Made by a program: the position numbers and the translations under genes. Under the pieces are notes generated by a model. It had not been told where the DNA came from. It did no database searches and saw nothing but the letters and a program-made list of their open reading frames with translations. A DNA stretch of 58,902 bases from the NCBI GenBank assembly GCA_964556455.1, contig CAZKWI010000001.1, positions 1-58,902 on the forward strand, in the 5' to 3' direction. Shown here in pieces: positions 18,701 through 30,700 of this stretch (positions within the stretch are counted from its first letter, which is position 1; the number at the start of each line of letters is the position of its first letter). The DNA comes from an uncultured Planctomycetia bacterium (lineage in GTDB: Bacteria; Omnitrophota; Gorgyraeia; JABMRJ01).

Positions 18701-21700
18701 CATCCTTGTCAGCCTGCGACAGGGTCCGCATCTCGCCCCTTATGAAGTCGAATCGGCCGAAGACCTCATCCGGCGTCTCCCACATGCCCATCGCCTCCTG
18801 CGTCATTATCGTCGTCTTCACTTCATCGACAGCTTCATTAAGTCTCCTCTCAAAGCGCTCCAGCCTCAAGGGATCCGACTCTACGCGGGAGGCATCCTCG
18901 GTCATCATGGCTGCGTCCTCTTTCGAAGTCAATCTTAAGGCAGCCCCCGCGCCCACTACCGCAAGCCCTTCTACTTCAGGAGACGTCGTCACTGCGCCGG
19001 CCGGGATCCTGTCTTCATCGTCTTTTGGTATCCAGGCTATCGGCTGCCTTGTAGCCTCTTCGTCGCTGCTGACTGATACGAGCGACGGACCGAGCTGGTC
19101 CTTATCCGCCATCAGGACTTCGACGCCGTCAACGCCGATGCGCGAACCATCCATCAGATCCACGGCCTCACCCATAATAGTCCCGTTCGACTCGATTTCT
19201 GACAATATCTCGCTGACATCGCTTGCCGCCGTCATAGCCGCCTGGGTCTCCTGCGTTGCAACGGTCGTGCCGACGACCCCTTCGCCTATTACAGGTGTCG
19301 TAACCTCGACAAACCTGGGGCCTGAGAGCGTCTCTTTCAGTTTGTTCTTAACGCGCGTCATTACACCGACGTCCGTTTTTGTCTTTATATTCTCGCGCTC
19401 CTGCAGCTGCCTGCCCCTGGCATCTGTTATACCCAGCTCCTCCCGGAGCTCATTTATACGCAATGTATAGCGGTCGATCACCGCTGTATGGGAACTGCTG
19501 TTTCCGGGATCGAAGGTCTTAAGTTCCTGGTAACATTCCGCTACCTTGTTTAGCCCAGCTAAGAGCCTGTCCTCTCTTAAGGTCCTGATCTCTTGGTCGA
19601 TCGTCCCTATGCTTTCGCCGGCGTCTATAAGCCTTTCGCGCTCTTCTTCGCGCGCCTCTATCTGCGCCTCTGTCGCCTCTACATACTCGCGCTCTCTCTT
19701 TATGGACGCTGTGAAGAAGTTTATCCCTTCCCTGTTTCTGCGGGCCTTGGCTATATTCTCGTCTATATGGGTAGATATACTCTCTGTAGTGACCTCTGTA
19801 TTCTGCAGCTTTACTATGGTATCGTTACAGCTATCCTTCGCCTTGGCCTTCTGGGTCCGGGTCAACTTGCCGCCGTGCATTATGCTCCCTACTTCCTCGT
19901 AGAAGTCTTTTCGTATCTCATCGATCTGGCCTCTCATATTCTCCCTGGCCGATACTTCGGTTAAGACCGAGACGAGAACTTCCCCGAACTCGGTATCTGT
20001 AACTTCCGCTACGCGCCTTGCCTCGGCAATATCGTTCTCGCCTATCATAATACCGAGCCTGTTCTGGACTTCGCGCGCTATTATGTAATCGTTGGCGCCT
20101 TCTATCGCGAGTATGTCATCGGCTTCCTGGATTATGCTGGCAGGCGGTGCGATACTCCTTGCCTTCCTGTAGGTCTCAGCCATCTTGTCAGACTGGGCTT
20201 CTCGTATCGCCTCGAGCATGGAGAATTTCAGATCTCCTGCCTCGGTATTCTCTTTGATCCTCTTCGCATCCATCTCTTCTCTTGCCTGCTGGACGATATC
20301 GAATGCTTCGTCGAAGAGTTCTTCTGAGCTTTCTCTCAGTCTCGCCAATTCTCTTTCGTTTCCTTCTTCACTGCTTAAGCGCTGCATCTGGTCGAAGGTA
20401 TCGTAAGCCTCGTTCAGCACCCTTCCTTTCCTGCTGAACGGGCTCGTGCCGAACCACCTCATCGCATCATCGAACATGCGCCTTGTGCTCTCTCCGCGGT
20501 TAAGGAGTAGATAGACTCTCGTCTCGCCTTCCTGCCCCTGCCTTCCTGCCCTGCCGCGCAGCTGCATCTCTACTCTATTGGAGCTGTGCAGATATAGCGC
20601 TATGACGAGCATACCTTTGTCTTTGGCAAGCGTCGTAAGCTCGATGTCTACGCCGCGGCCTCCTATGGCCGTTGCTATCGTTATCACTCCGGGGATGGCT
20701 GCCCTTCTCTTGATCTCGTCTTTATTCGCTTCCTCGCGCGCGGTGAACTTCTGGATGTTGCCCTCTTCTCTTATATCATAACCGTTACCGACGGCCTCGT
20801 TTATCCTCCTTACATTCTCTTCAGTAAGCAGCATATCCCGGACCTCATCTGCCTGCGCAATATCTTCGACGTTCAGCATGATAGGCCTGCCTGCCCTTAT
20901 ATTCTCTATCACGTCTTCTACAACCTGATTTTCCCTCTCTGCTCTATCCAAAAAGAGCCTCTTCGATGCATCCACCCTGCGGACGAAGTTGTGAGGAGGT
21001 ATGATCTGGCGGTTGAAACAGTACGTATCGCGGAGCATGTCGGACTCTTTGCCCCTTCCGAGGGTTCCTGTCATGCCTATCGTATTTACGTATATGTCTA
21101 CGAAGAGCTGTTTGGCCGTTATCTCCGAGGACGACCGTCCTTCACCCCTTATTATCAGCCATTCTTTTGCCTCGAGGAGCTGGTGGAGGCTAGCCTTCTT
21201 GCCGCCCCTCAGCCTCTGGCCTGCCGAGTCCGTTCCTGTCATCTCATGGGTCAGGACGACCTGCCCGCTGACGATTGTGTAGTGTGTGTCCACTTCATGG
21301 GCATGACAAGCAGTCAGGGCGTCTTCCATAATGGCGAAGTAGGAGCCCTCTTTCTTCATCCTCAGGCTCAATATCTCTTCCTCGCTTGCGTTATTCAGGC
21401 CCTTCTGTTCTTCTCTTATTCCGCTTACCATAGTGGAGACGGTGGTCGCTATGAGAGTCTCGTCTTCTGCCTGGTCGCGCCTGCCTGAGCGCCTCAATTG
21501 CTCCTTCAGTCTCAGTTCGAATTCATTCCTACGGCCTTCCGGCGCCAGGACATCCGCCATGGCATCCAGCACGTCTTCCCTCTTATCGGTATCTACGCGC
21601 CCCTGTCTCCAGGTTGTATCTATTACGCCTACGGTATTGTCATCCTGTTTGTTGGTCTGGCCTTCATCGATCTCACCCTCTACCTTTTCACGGTAAGACC

Positions 21701-24700
21701 CTCTCATGCCCCTTGTCTCTGCCGCCATGGCCGCGGCGATGATCTTCGCGGTATCTTCAAGCCCCAGGGTATCGCTGCCGTCAACGGTAATAAATGACGT
21801 CAGGGCCTGGTCTATCAATACGCTGTCGAGCTCATCGACTATCACTGAGAACTTTTTCAGATCCTTCCTGTCCGTTCTTATGAGCCTTCTGCTCGCCTCT
21901 ACCTCTGTGACATCGAGGTCATGGTTCGTATCGAAGGCGAGGGTGTCTACCGCAAGGCATATGATGTCGTTCTGCCTGTAGGCCTTCTGCTTCGTCTCGT
22001 TGTCCATGCGCTGTGTAACGTGGCCTATGGATATGCCGTATGGCTCCAGGACCCTCTTGGCGCCTGCAAAGGTCTTGTCAGAGAGTACGCTGCCTGTATC
22101 TACATAGAATACGCCTTCTCCCGAGAGCGAGTCTACGTAAGAGGCCATGTATCCGACGGTCGTCTTACCTTCGCCGGTGAGCAGCTCTATGACATTGCGC
22201 ACTTTACTGCCGTCTTCGTTTCTTTCGGTCAGCGCGTCTGCCGCGGCTACCTGGACTTCACGGACGACCTTATTGTCTCTTCTAAGCAGTATAAGCGCTG
22301 CGACTGCCATCTTCCTCGCCTTATTGTTTGCGCCATCCTGGTCTGCTCTGCGGAGGGCGTCTCTCCACATATCTATCTGCCCCTGGAGCTTTCTCCTCCT
22401 GTGGCCTTCGCGCGCCCCTTCGAGCTGGGCTTCCAGGTGCGTAATCTTGCCGGCGATCTTATCGCGCTCTGTCAGGAGCCTGGTATGCTCATTTGCGACG
22501 TTATCTATTATTTCCTGGCCGGACTCTGTCGCTTCTATGTCCCATATGGATAAGAGTATCGCTCCATCCGGGGCCTCTATCTCATCCCCCCACTCATCCT
22601 TTCGCCATTCATCTCTCATACTCGTCATCACTATATCTACATCATCGCCCTCTGCCATCCTCAGGTTAGTCTCAAGTTGCGCCCTTTCGGATATCTCTTT
22701 CTCCAGTTTGCCGAGCTCGCCTGTCAGGTCTACGAGTAAGCCGCCGAGGTCCTCTCTATTGCCGCTTTCGAGCATATCTCCTATATCTTCCGTCATCCTG
22801 CCGGTACTCTCCGCAAGGGTTACAAGTATTAATCCGGGGCCGTTACTTATGACTGAGAGCATCCCGCCGTAATTACTCCTTAAGAATGTCGCTGCCCTCT
22901 CTTTCTCTTCCTGCGTCAGGCCGGATCGTTCGATCAGGGCTATCGCGCCGAATTCCCCGACAAGCTCGTTATCAAGATTCATCATGTTATTAAGTATCTT
23001 TCTATAGAGGGTGCTGTCAGCGGAGATGATGCGCCTGAACTCAATATGCATCTCCTGTTCTCTCGTCTCTATGAGGCTGTTGACCGCGCTCCGGTTTATG
23101 GCCTCGAAGGCCCCTTCAAGCTCCGCAAGCGTAATCTCTCCCGTAGCTATGCGGACGACAAAGCGCCTCAGCGCCCACTGGTCGCCTTCTCTTATGGCAT
23201 TAAGCTCGTCTACTGAGACGGTATCGAGATGCCTCTCTATAATCCCGCACCATCCCGGGTGCTCGGAGAGTCCGTCCCTCAGCGACTCGGCAGCGCTCCA
23301 CATCGCCTCTGTCCGCTTCGTGCTTCTCGTTCCTGTCGCTATTATGAGGACTGCGAAATTGACAGCGCCTCTTATGTCACCGTCCAGCGCAGCGATACGG
23401 TCGATAACAGCGCCTACGTTTCTTCTTGTTATCCTGCCGCCGCCGGTGATATCTCTTATGGCCTCCCTGAGCGCCATGCCCTCCTCACCGAATACCTCGT
23501 CAACCCTCTCGATCGCATCATTCAGCTGGTCAGCGACTTCATCACGGAAGCTTTCATCTGTCCTCAGCCTCTCCTGCAGCTCACCGAGCTCGCCTTCCGC
23601 CAGGAGCGTATCGAATCCTTCACAGAAATCAGCGCTTACGGTACTCTCCGGGTCGTTCCTCCTCAGGATCTCGTTTTTCAGCTCGGTTATCCTGTTTCTC
23701 ATATCTGCCATGAGCCCGTTAATCGCATCTCTTAATTCGTTCTCAAGGGCTTCGAGCTCATTAATGAAATCAAGCATCTCTCTTCTTGCCGGGGTTGTCA
23801 GTTCGGTCATTGCCCACTCAGTCTCCAGATCTTTCAGCGCATCTATTTTCTCTGTCTCGGTCATATCTTCGCTGGAGATTATAGAAGCCGCCTTGCTGAA
23901 CACCGGATCACTGCTATCTGTCATGGCCAATATTTCAGCCTCTTTGTCAAATACATTATCCAGTATTCTGAGCGGCTCGCGCACGAGTTCTGCAGATTGC
24001 GTGCCTGAGAGCCTTTCGCCAATCTCCCGCATAGCCTCAAAATCTTCTCTTCCACAGGCTTCGCGGAACGCCGCGAGGTCGTTCATCTCGGAGACCATGT
24101 CTCTCTCTTTCTCACCGAAGAACTCAGCGCCTTTCTCGAGTTTGCCTTCTGCCGCAAGCTCGGGGATTTTCTTTCCTTCGTGCCTCTCTATAAGGACCTT
24201 GGCCTTCGACTTATTGATAACGCCCCTCTCCGCTCCTCTTTCGAGCATCTGTATTATGCTGCCGTCTGTCCCCTTGAGGAGCTCTGAGAACATTTCGCCC
24301 TGGGAGAGGCTGCCGACAAACGGCATCCAGCATAAGCTCCTGGTTACGCCTGTTGCGTGTTCCTGCTTGATCCTGCGCGTGCCGCCGCCGAACCTGGAGA
24401 CGGTATCGACATATCGCCTCTCCGCGGCAAAGTCTACAAGGAGAGCCATGTTCTCGTTTATAAGCTCCGCATCCCTTTCGCTGGCGTTACCGCTCTCAAG
24501 GAATGCCTGCTGGACAGGCAGGGTCTGGCGGAGTATCGCTATCTGTTTATTGCGGGCATCCGTAACAGCCCTCTGGTCTTCTTCGCTTACCGTGAGGGCG
24601 TCTCTCAGTGTACCGCCGCCTATAGTCGGTAAGGCCTCGAGCGCTGCCTCGACAGCTGGCAATCTGTCTGCGCCGAAGGTGTCCCTGTTGGAGAGGACTG

Positions 24701-27700
24701 CGGTTAATCTCTGGGCAACGGTCTCGGTGTTTTGGGCATCTTCGAACCAGTCGCGCGCAGCCTGCGGGGAGTCGAACCTCACATTATCCGCCGCGATCTC
24801 AGGCCCGCTCAGCCTCGAGACAAACTCCGGAGTAAAGCCCATGTTCAGCCTTCCTGCATTGGCCTGGAGCTCAGCGTGGTCCGCGGCTAAGCCGGAAGCG
24901 GCCATTACCGGGCTGCATGCAAGGCTCGCGAGTATTATCTGCACGCCCCTGTCGCCGGCAACGCTCTGCGCGTAATCCAGGATCTCAGCCGTTCGGGTCT
25001 CACCTATGCCCATCCCGTGGAGATCTATAATAATGCCTGAGGCGCTTACGAAATCACCTATGGCTATATGGTCCATCGCCATCCTAGTCAGTTCGCCGCC
25101 CAGCCGCAACAATACTCTATTTGCATTCTGTGGCGCGCCTGTTAAGAGATGTCCTCTTAGGCTCTCTGCTGTATCGGCATTCAGGACTGTGAGCGTCTCA
25201 TTAACGGCTATCATAGCCGTTGCCCTGCTATCTCTGTCGAGGCTCTTGAATGACATACCCTCTGTGAATGTTATGAATAGCTCGTTGGCCAATACTGCAA
25301 GCCCTGGACCTTCAAAGTTCATGCTCAATCCGGGTGAAAATGCTGCCTGCCCGTTTGCCCTCTGTAGCACGTGGCAAACAGTCCTGCCGAGATTCACCTG
25401 CGCTGCTGAGACATCTACGCCTATCGTCCCGGCAATATCGCTTAATGACTCCTGCGCCGAGGATACGGCGCCCAAAATTTCCACGAGTTGGCTTGTGGCA
25501 TTACCGTCTGTAATATCGATTTCATTAATCGCGTCGAGATTATGCGTCAGGAACTCTTCGGATGCGGTGATCTCTGCTACGCTGGCGGCAAGCCCGGCGG
25601 CAGCGTCTCTATCGGCAAGCCTTCCGAACCTGGCAACGGTGTTCATATTAATCATGAATACAAATACGTTCGATACTTCATTAAGGGAGGGCATATCTTC
25701 ACAGACGCTGCGGGCTTCGCCAACCAGCATATCAAGTGCGTCCATTATATGGCCGACACCGCCGGTAGTCCCTTCCAGCGCCACCTGGAGGACATTGACG
25801 GTCTCTACGAGTATATCGGTGCTGTTCGCCCTGTCCGCCGCCGGCATCTCACTAAAAACATCGACAGCCTTCGATACGGCAGCGGGTATACCGGCTGTTG
25901 CCTGCTTTATTGCATTACCCAGGCCTTCATTTAAATTTCTGCTAGAGAGGTTAATGCAGAGGATTAAATTTTCCGCCATATCTGTGAGGGTGTCAATCGC
26001 GGCAAGGTCGGTTACAAAGAGTTCGTTCGCTACTCTATTAATTATCGTGCCGCTGCTATTGGCCAGTGTTGTACCCAGGGTGATGACTGTGCTATTCTCG
26101 GCCCCGTATACGGTCTCGAGTAATTGCAGAGAAGCCGACTGCATCCCTGTGATATGGATCAGGCGATCCATTTCCGCGCCTTCGGTATGGACGAGATTTA
26201 AGATGCCGTTTTCTGTGATACTGGCAGCTATGCTTGAGAGCCCCTCTACAGAGAGCCCCTCTGCAACTATGTCGCTCATGATCTGCGCGCATCTCAAGGC
26301 GACCGCGTTAACTCCGGCCTCTACTGCTGTGAGATCATCCATCCTATTGGCGACATTGTCAGAATGCCTATCTACGATCTCCACTATCTCCCGGACAATT
26401 GTATCGCGCTCTGCTTCGTTATTCGTCCTTACGGCAGCTATGAGTCTCGTGCTGAGTGCGCCGAGGGTCTTTATATCATCTACGGCATCCTGGTTGAATG
26501 TATCCGTGCGGTTAAGCAATGTCGTTATATCGCTTTCTGTGACGGTACTCCCGGTCAAAGGCGAAGCCATATTGAGCGCCACTAAGAGCTGGTTTAATAT
26601 ATCTTCATTGATCCTCGTCGTATCGATGGTACTGACGGCATCCCTTACTGTGGCTACTGTCGGTGTCGTAACGAGGCCGAAGAACCTCATAGTCGCCATG
26701 CCCCAGTCTGTGCTTGTTGAGAGGATCTCCCGGGCCCTCTCTGAGAGCGGTGTTTCGCCTGCCTGGAGTGCTTCGGTATTCGTTACGTCGCACCCCTGCG
26801 CTATAGCTGTGATCAGATCCAGGAACCTGGTATTGCTTATGGGGCCGAACAGGACGCCTGCAAACCTGGCGGACCGCGTAAAGAGCCTCTCGAAGCGCTC
26901 ATTGCTTCCGTCATTATTGCAGAGAGCGGTCACGGCATCGACGAATGTATTGCCTGCCCTCCTGTTTTCACCCACGAGGGCTGTAGCAAGCTCTCTCCCG
27001 AGATCCACTCTCTCTGTCCGCGCCACCTGCGGTGATGCCAGGTTTACGATAGCCGCCTTTACGATATTCTGGGCGGTATCGGCGCTCCTCCCCTGGTTTA
27101 CGCCCATCATAAAGACTTCATGCGAGACTTCTCTTGCAAAATCTGCATCGGCCTCGATCGTATCCGCTAACCGGCTGAGCCCGGTGAGATCGCACCTGTG
27201 GGTGGAAAGGACCTCTGCGAACTCGCGGACCGACTGCGCTCTTACAATAGCGCTGCCGGTTAAGGCAGGCAGGACATCCCAGATAGCCTCCATGTTAAAG
27301 CTGCCGGCATGGTCAACAATGACATCCGCCATACCTCTTATGACCGTGGCGTTCAAGCCCTCCAGCGCCTGGCCAAGCGCACGCGCCTGATAAGAAGGTA
27401 TGCCGAGCTCCACGGCAACCCCCGCTATTTCATCTATATTATCTGGTGTAGATTCCATCTGGGCGGCGAGCGCGAAGAATCTCATATCATTATGGGCCAC
27501 ATCTATGCTGTTACAATGGTTCAGGACCATGGCCGCGAAGTCTCCCCGGGCTTCATCATCGAGCGGCGTAAGCGCCCTGAAGAAGATATCGTATATTCCC
27601 AAATCCTCAAGGAAGTTCTGTGAGGCGCTGTCGGTATTTTGAGCGAATAGCGCGCCTGCTACCGCCTGTATCACATTGACATCCAGGACAATATCGCCTG

Positions 27701-30700
27701 AAGGAGTCTCCTGGAAGAGATCGCCTGCTGAGGCAAGGAGGTAGGGAATCACATCACATACAGGGACACCCTCAGAGGCGGCATCCGTCAGTGTGTCAGC
27801 AAGGTCTTGCCCGGCAACCTGGGTATCCCAGCTATGCTCTCTCAATAGCTCTACTGCCCCTTCAGTCCCTTCAGTTAAGTCCATGCCGGCCGCAACTTCA
27901 AGGGCCGCCAGGCTCAGCAGCTGTCCGCGCTCGAATGAGACATACGGCATGGCTAATAGTAAACCTTCAGCCGCCTGGAGAACCTCAACATCGCATCCTT
28001 CATAATTGGCCTCGCGCACCTCTTCGCTTCTCTGAGCCTGCGAAAGAAGCTCCAGCTCCTCTGACGAATGCCTGCCCATGGCAAGCAGCCTATTTACCCC
28101 TGCCATGTCAGCGTCAGCAAATACGCCTGCGTCCTGCAATGTCTTTATCGCGCCTGTAAGGCCGGCCTGGAAATTCATGAAATTGCTATCCGCCTGTGCA
28201 GGCTGAAGTTGAGCAAGCGCCTGGTCAATAGCCTCAACCTGGTCCAGATCCCTTTGCATTTCGTGCACATCGAAGAGATCGATTCCATCCATCAGCTGCT
28301 GCCGCAACTGTCTCACTTCCGCAACGGCGGTATTGGTTTCGGTCCTCGTCTCCTGCTGGCTCACATTATAAGTGCCTGAGAAGTGCACACCGTTGGCGTC
28401 GAGGGCCTCTACCGCTATCTCCTGGATATTCTCATCCGGTATCCAACTGAGGAAGACGTTGGCGTAAATAGGCTCTCTAAGACCCTCTTCTGTGAACGCC
28501 CTAACAGCCTCTTTTGAAGGCCCTGAGCGCCTGTATGCCTTTGTTGCTGAGCGGAAGGCATTGCTTATTCCTCTGCCCAATCCGGATATGCCTCTCCAGC
28601 AAAAATCACCCAGCTTAGCCATCATGATTACAATCGGAATGTGTCCGCTGCCAGTCATGCCGGCTATACTGCCCATAGAACCCAGGGCGCCGCCGATACT
28701 GGTTCCTGTGCGCTGTACAGTAAACGAAGCGCGCGTGAGCGCGCCGGAAACACCATAGCCTATCACCTGGCCTGTGAACATCGGCACGACCTTGAAGTAA
28801 TTGAATATGAATACGAAAGATAATGACATGGTAGCGCTCTCAGCAGAGCTGAACATATGGGCAATTTGTCCTATGCCGCTACCACTATCGGCCATGCTAT
28901 TCAGCATCAATGCTATTCCCCTACCCATCCCGCTCAACGTGAACCACCCACCGTCCTCAGATAGGAGCGTATCTTCCATATCGCCCATGCCGGCCCAGCT
29001 GAGAGCTCCTCTCAAAGGTACAGAGACGGCATGGAGCATGATAGGCAGCGTAATATTCAATCTTATAAATTCACCTGCAAGATGCGCCGGGTGTAAGCCA
29101 CTCCATGCTGCTGCGCCCCATGCCTCTGCTCCTGTTAAGAATTTTAGGACTGCCTTTCCGGCATCATCAATCTCGGTCACAAAATACCTCAACTCAAAAT
29201 TCCTTATCTTGGTGGCAATGCCGCGTCCTATGCGCCCCATGCCACTGCCGACAGCCCCCAATAAGCGTAACGGCGCTCCTAAGACAGGCCTTGCTGCAGC
29301 CCTTGTAAGCATAGAAGCTGTTCCTGAGCTGATCATAAACCACTGGGTGCTTAATCTTGTAGTAACCGGAGCGGCTATTCTGCCTATAAATCCTCCTACA
29401 GCGGACCGGGCCGTGGCAACTACGCCCCTGAAAGCATGAATTCCTCCTACGGCAGCGGAGCGGACACCTATATTTATAAGGAACCCGCTCGCAGCCCATG
29501 TGCCTGCGATAAACGGCAGGTCATAAGCGATGCTCATAATGCCATGCCAGACTTTGTGGTCTTCAAAGTAGGATTCTATATTCTCTATAGTTACTGCGCC
29601 AAACTCCGCCTTTACATCTGAGGCGGTCCATAACGCGCCTCCATAGAAGGCCGCCGCTGTGGTAGCGGTCCAAAATGCCGACTTCAGCACTGCGGAAGAG
29701 ACCACTACTTTACCGGCAAGCGGTACACTTATAGTGGTCGTAGCTGCCCCGCCTACAAGAGACCCTCCACCTGCAAGAAGAGACCCGCCGCTCGCTATTA
29801 TTACAAATGCATATAAGACGCCTTCGCCTATAACGGCTGCCGTCTTCAAACCGCCGGCATCCAACCAGCTCGACAACTGTTTTATCTTCTCTTCTATTAC
29901 ACCAATCGACATAGCGGCATGAAGCGCATGCTCAGAATCCATCATGGTAACACCTGTATCCACATCAAAATGCCACTGCTCGGATACGCTGGATGAGGAC
30001 CCTATCCATGAATACGGATTATAGAAATGTGAGTCTTGGTAATCGCCTGTGAAAGCCACTACATTATCTTTTGTAATTCTAGGGCCCTGCCCCTTATATG
30101 TGAATGCAGCCAGGACACCGGTGTCTTCATCCCGGACCGCTTTGATGAATGCGATATTGCCGTCTATCTCCCTGGATACCTGCAGGAGGTTGCCGCCCAT
30201 ATCGTATTTGGCCGTCATATCCGCCTTCTGGGGGTTATTATCCCAGATACCGAAAACATCCCAGCCCCACAGGTTCAGCATGCCGGTTTCGTCCCTTGTG
30301 GAGATGTAGGCAAATCTCTCACCACCCGCGCCCATGATAGGCAAGGTTGCATTCATGCTGTCTTCATTATTCCCGGTTACAGTGTAAAGCGTCAGGTTGA
30401 CAAGGGTGTCGTTTGTTACGATATAATTTTCGTTGCTGCCTACTGTCCCCTCGTTTTTAAGCATGGCTATGCACTTTTTAACTGCGTAATTAAACTGCTT
30501 CCTTTGCGTATTGCCGTTTGCTACGGCCTCTGCCATTATCCCATCTATCACATCACTGCTGCATCCTGTAACACGCTGGAGCATAACCGGCAGTTCCTTC
30601 GCCATGAAATCTTCATCGGCCCGCTGGGCCGCCTCTGTGCGGAATACACCGAAGTCTCCCTGGGTAAGATCGTAATATTTCTCCTCCCATAACTGCTCCA

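Noticed and set aside
13168-27390. Very long plus-strand ORFs inside the giant gene, for example 25006..27390 (794 aa), 23011..24975 (654 aa), 16759..18078 (439 aa), 15412..16656 (414 aa) and 13168..14256 (362 aa); also 31534..32673 (379 aa) elsewhere in the gene.
   Set aside because: Their translations are low-complexity S/A/L/P/T-rich strings with no motifs. All share one phase (start coordinate = 1 mod 3), offset by one from the sense codons. In that phase a plus-strand stop needs a sense TAN (Tyr) or CAN (His/Gln) codon preceded by a codon ending in T or C. The frame therefore stays open wherever the real protein is Tyr/His/Gln-poor, as in the helical regions, and breaks up in the Tyr-rich repeat array. 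They are antisense shadows, not genes.
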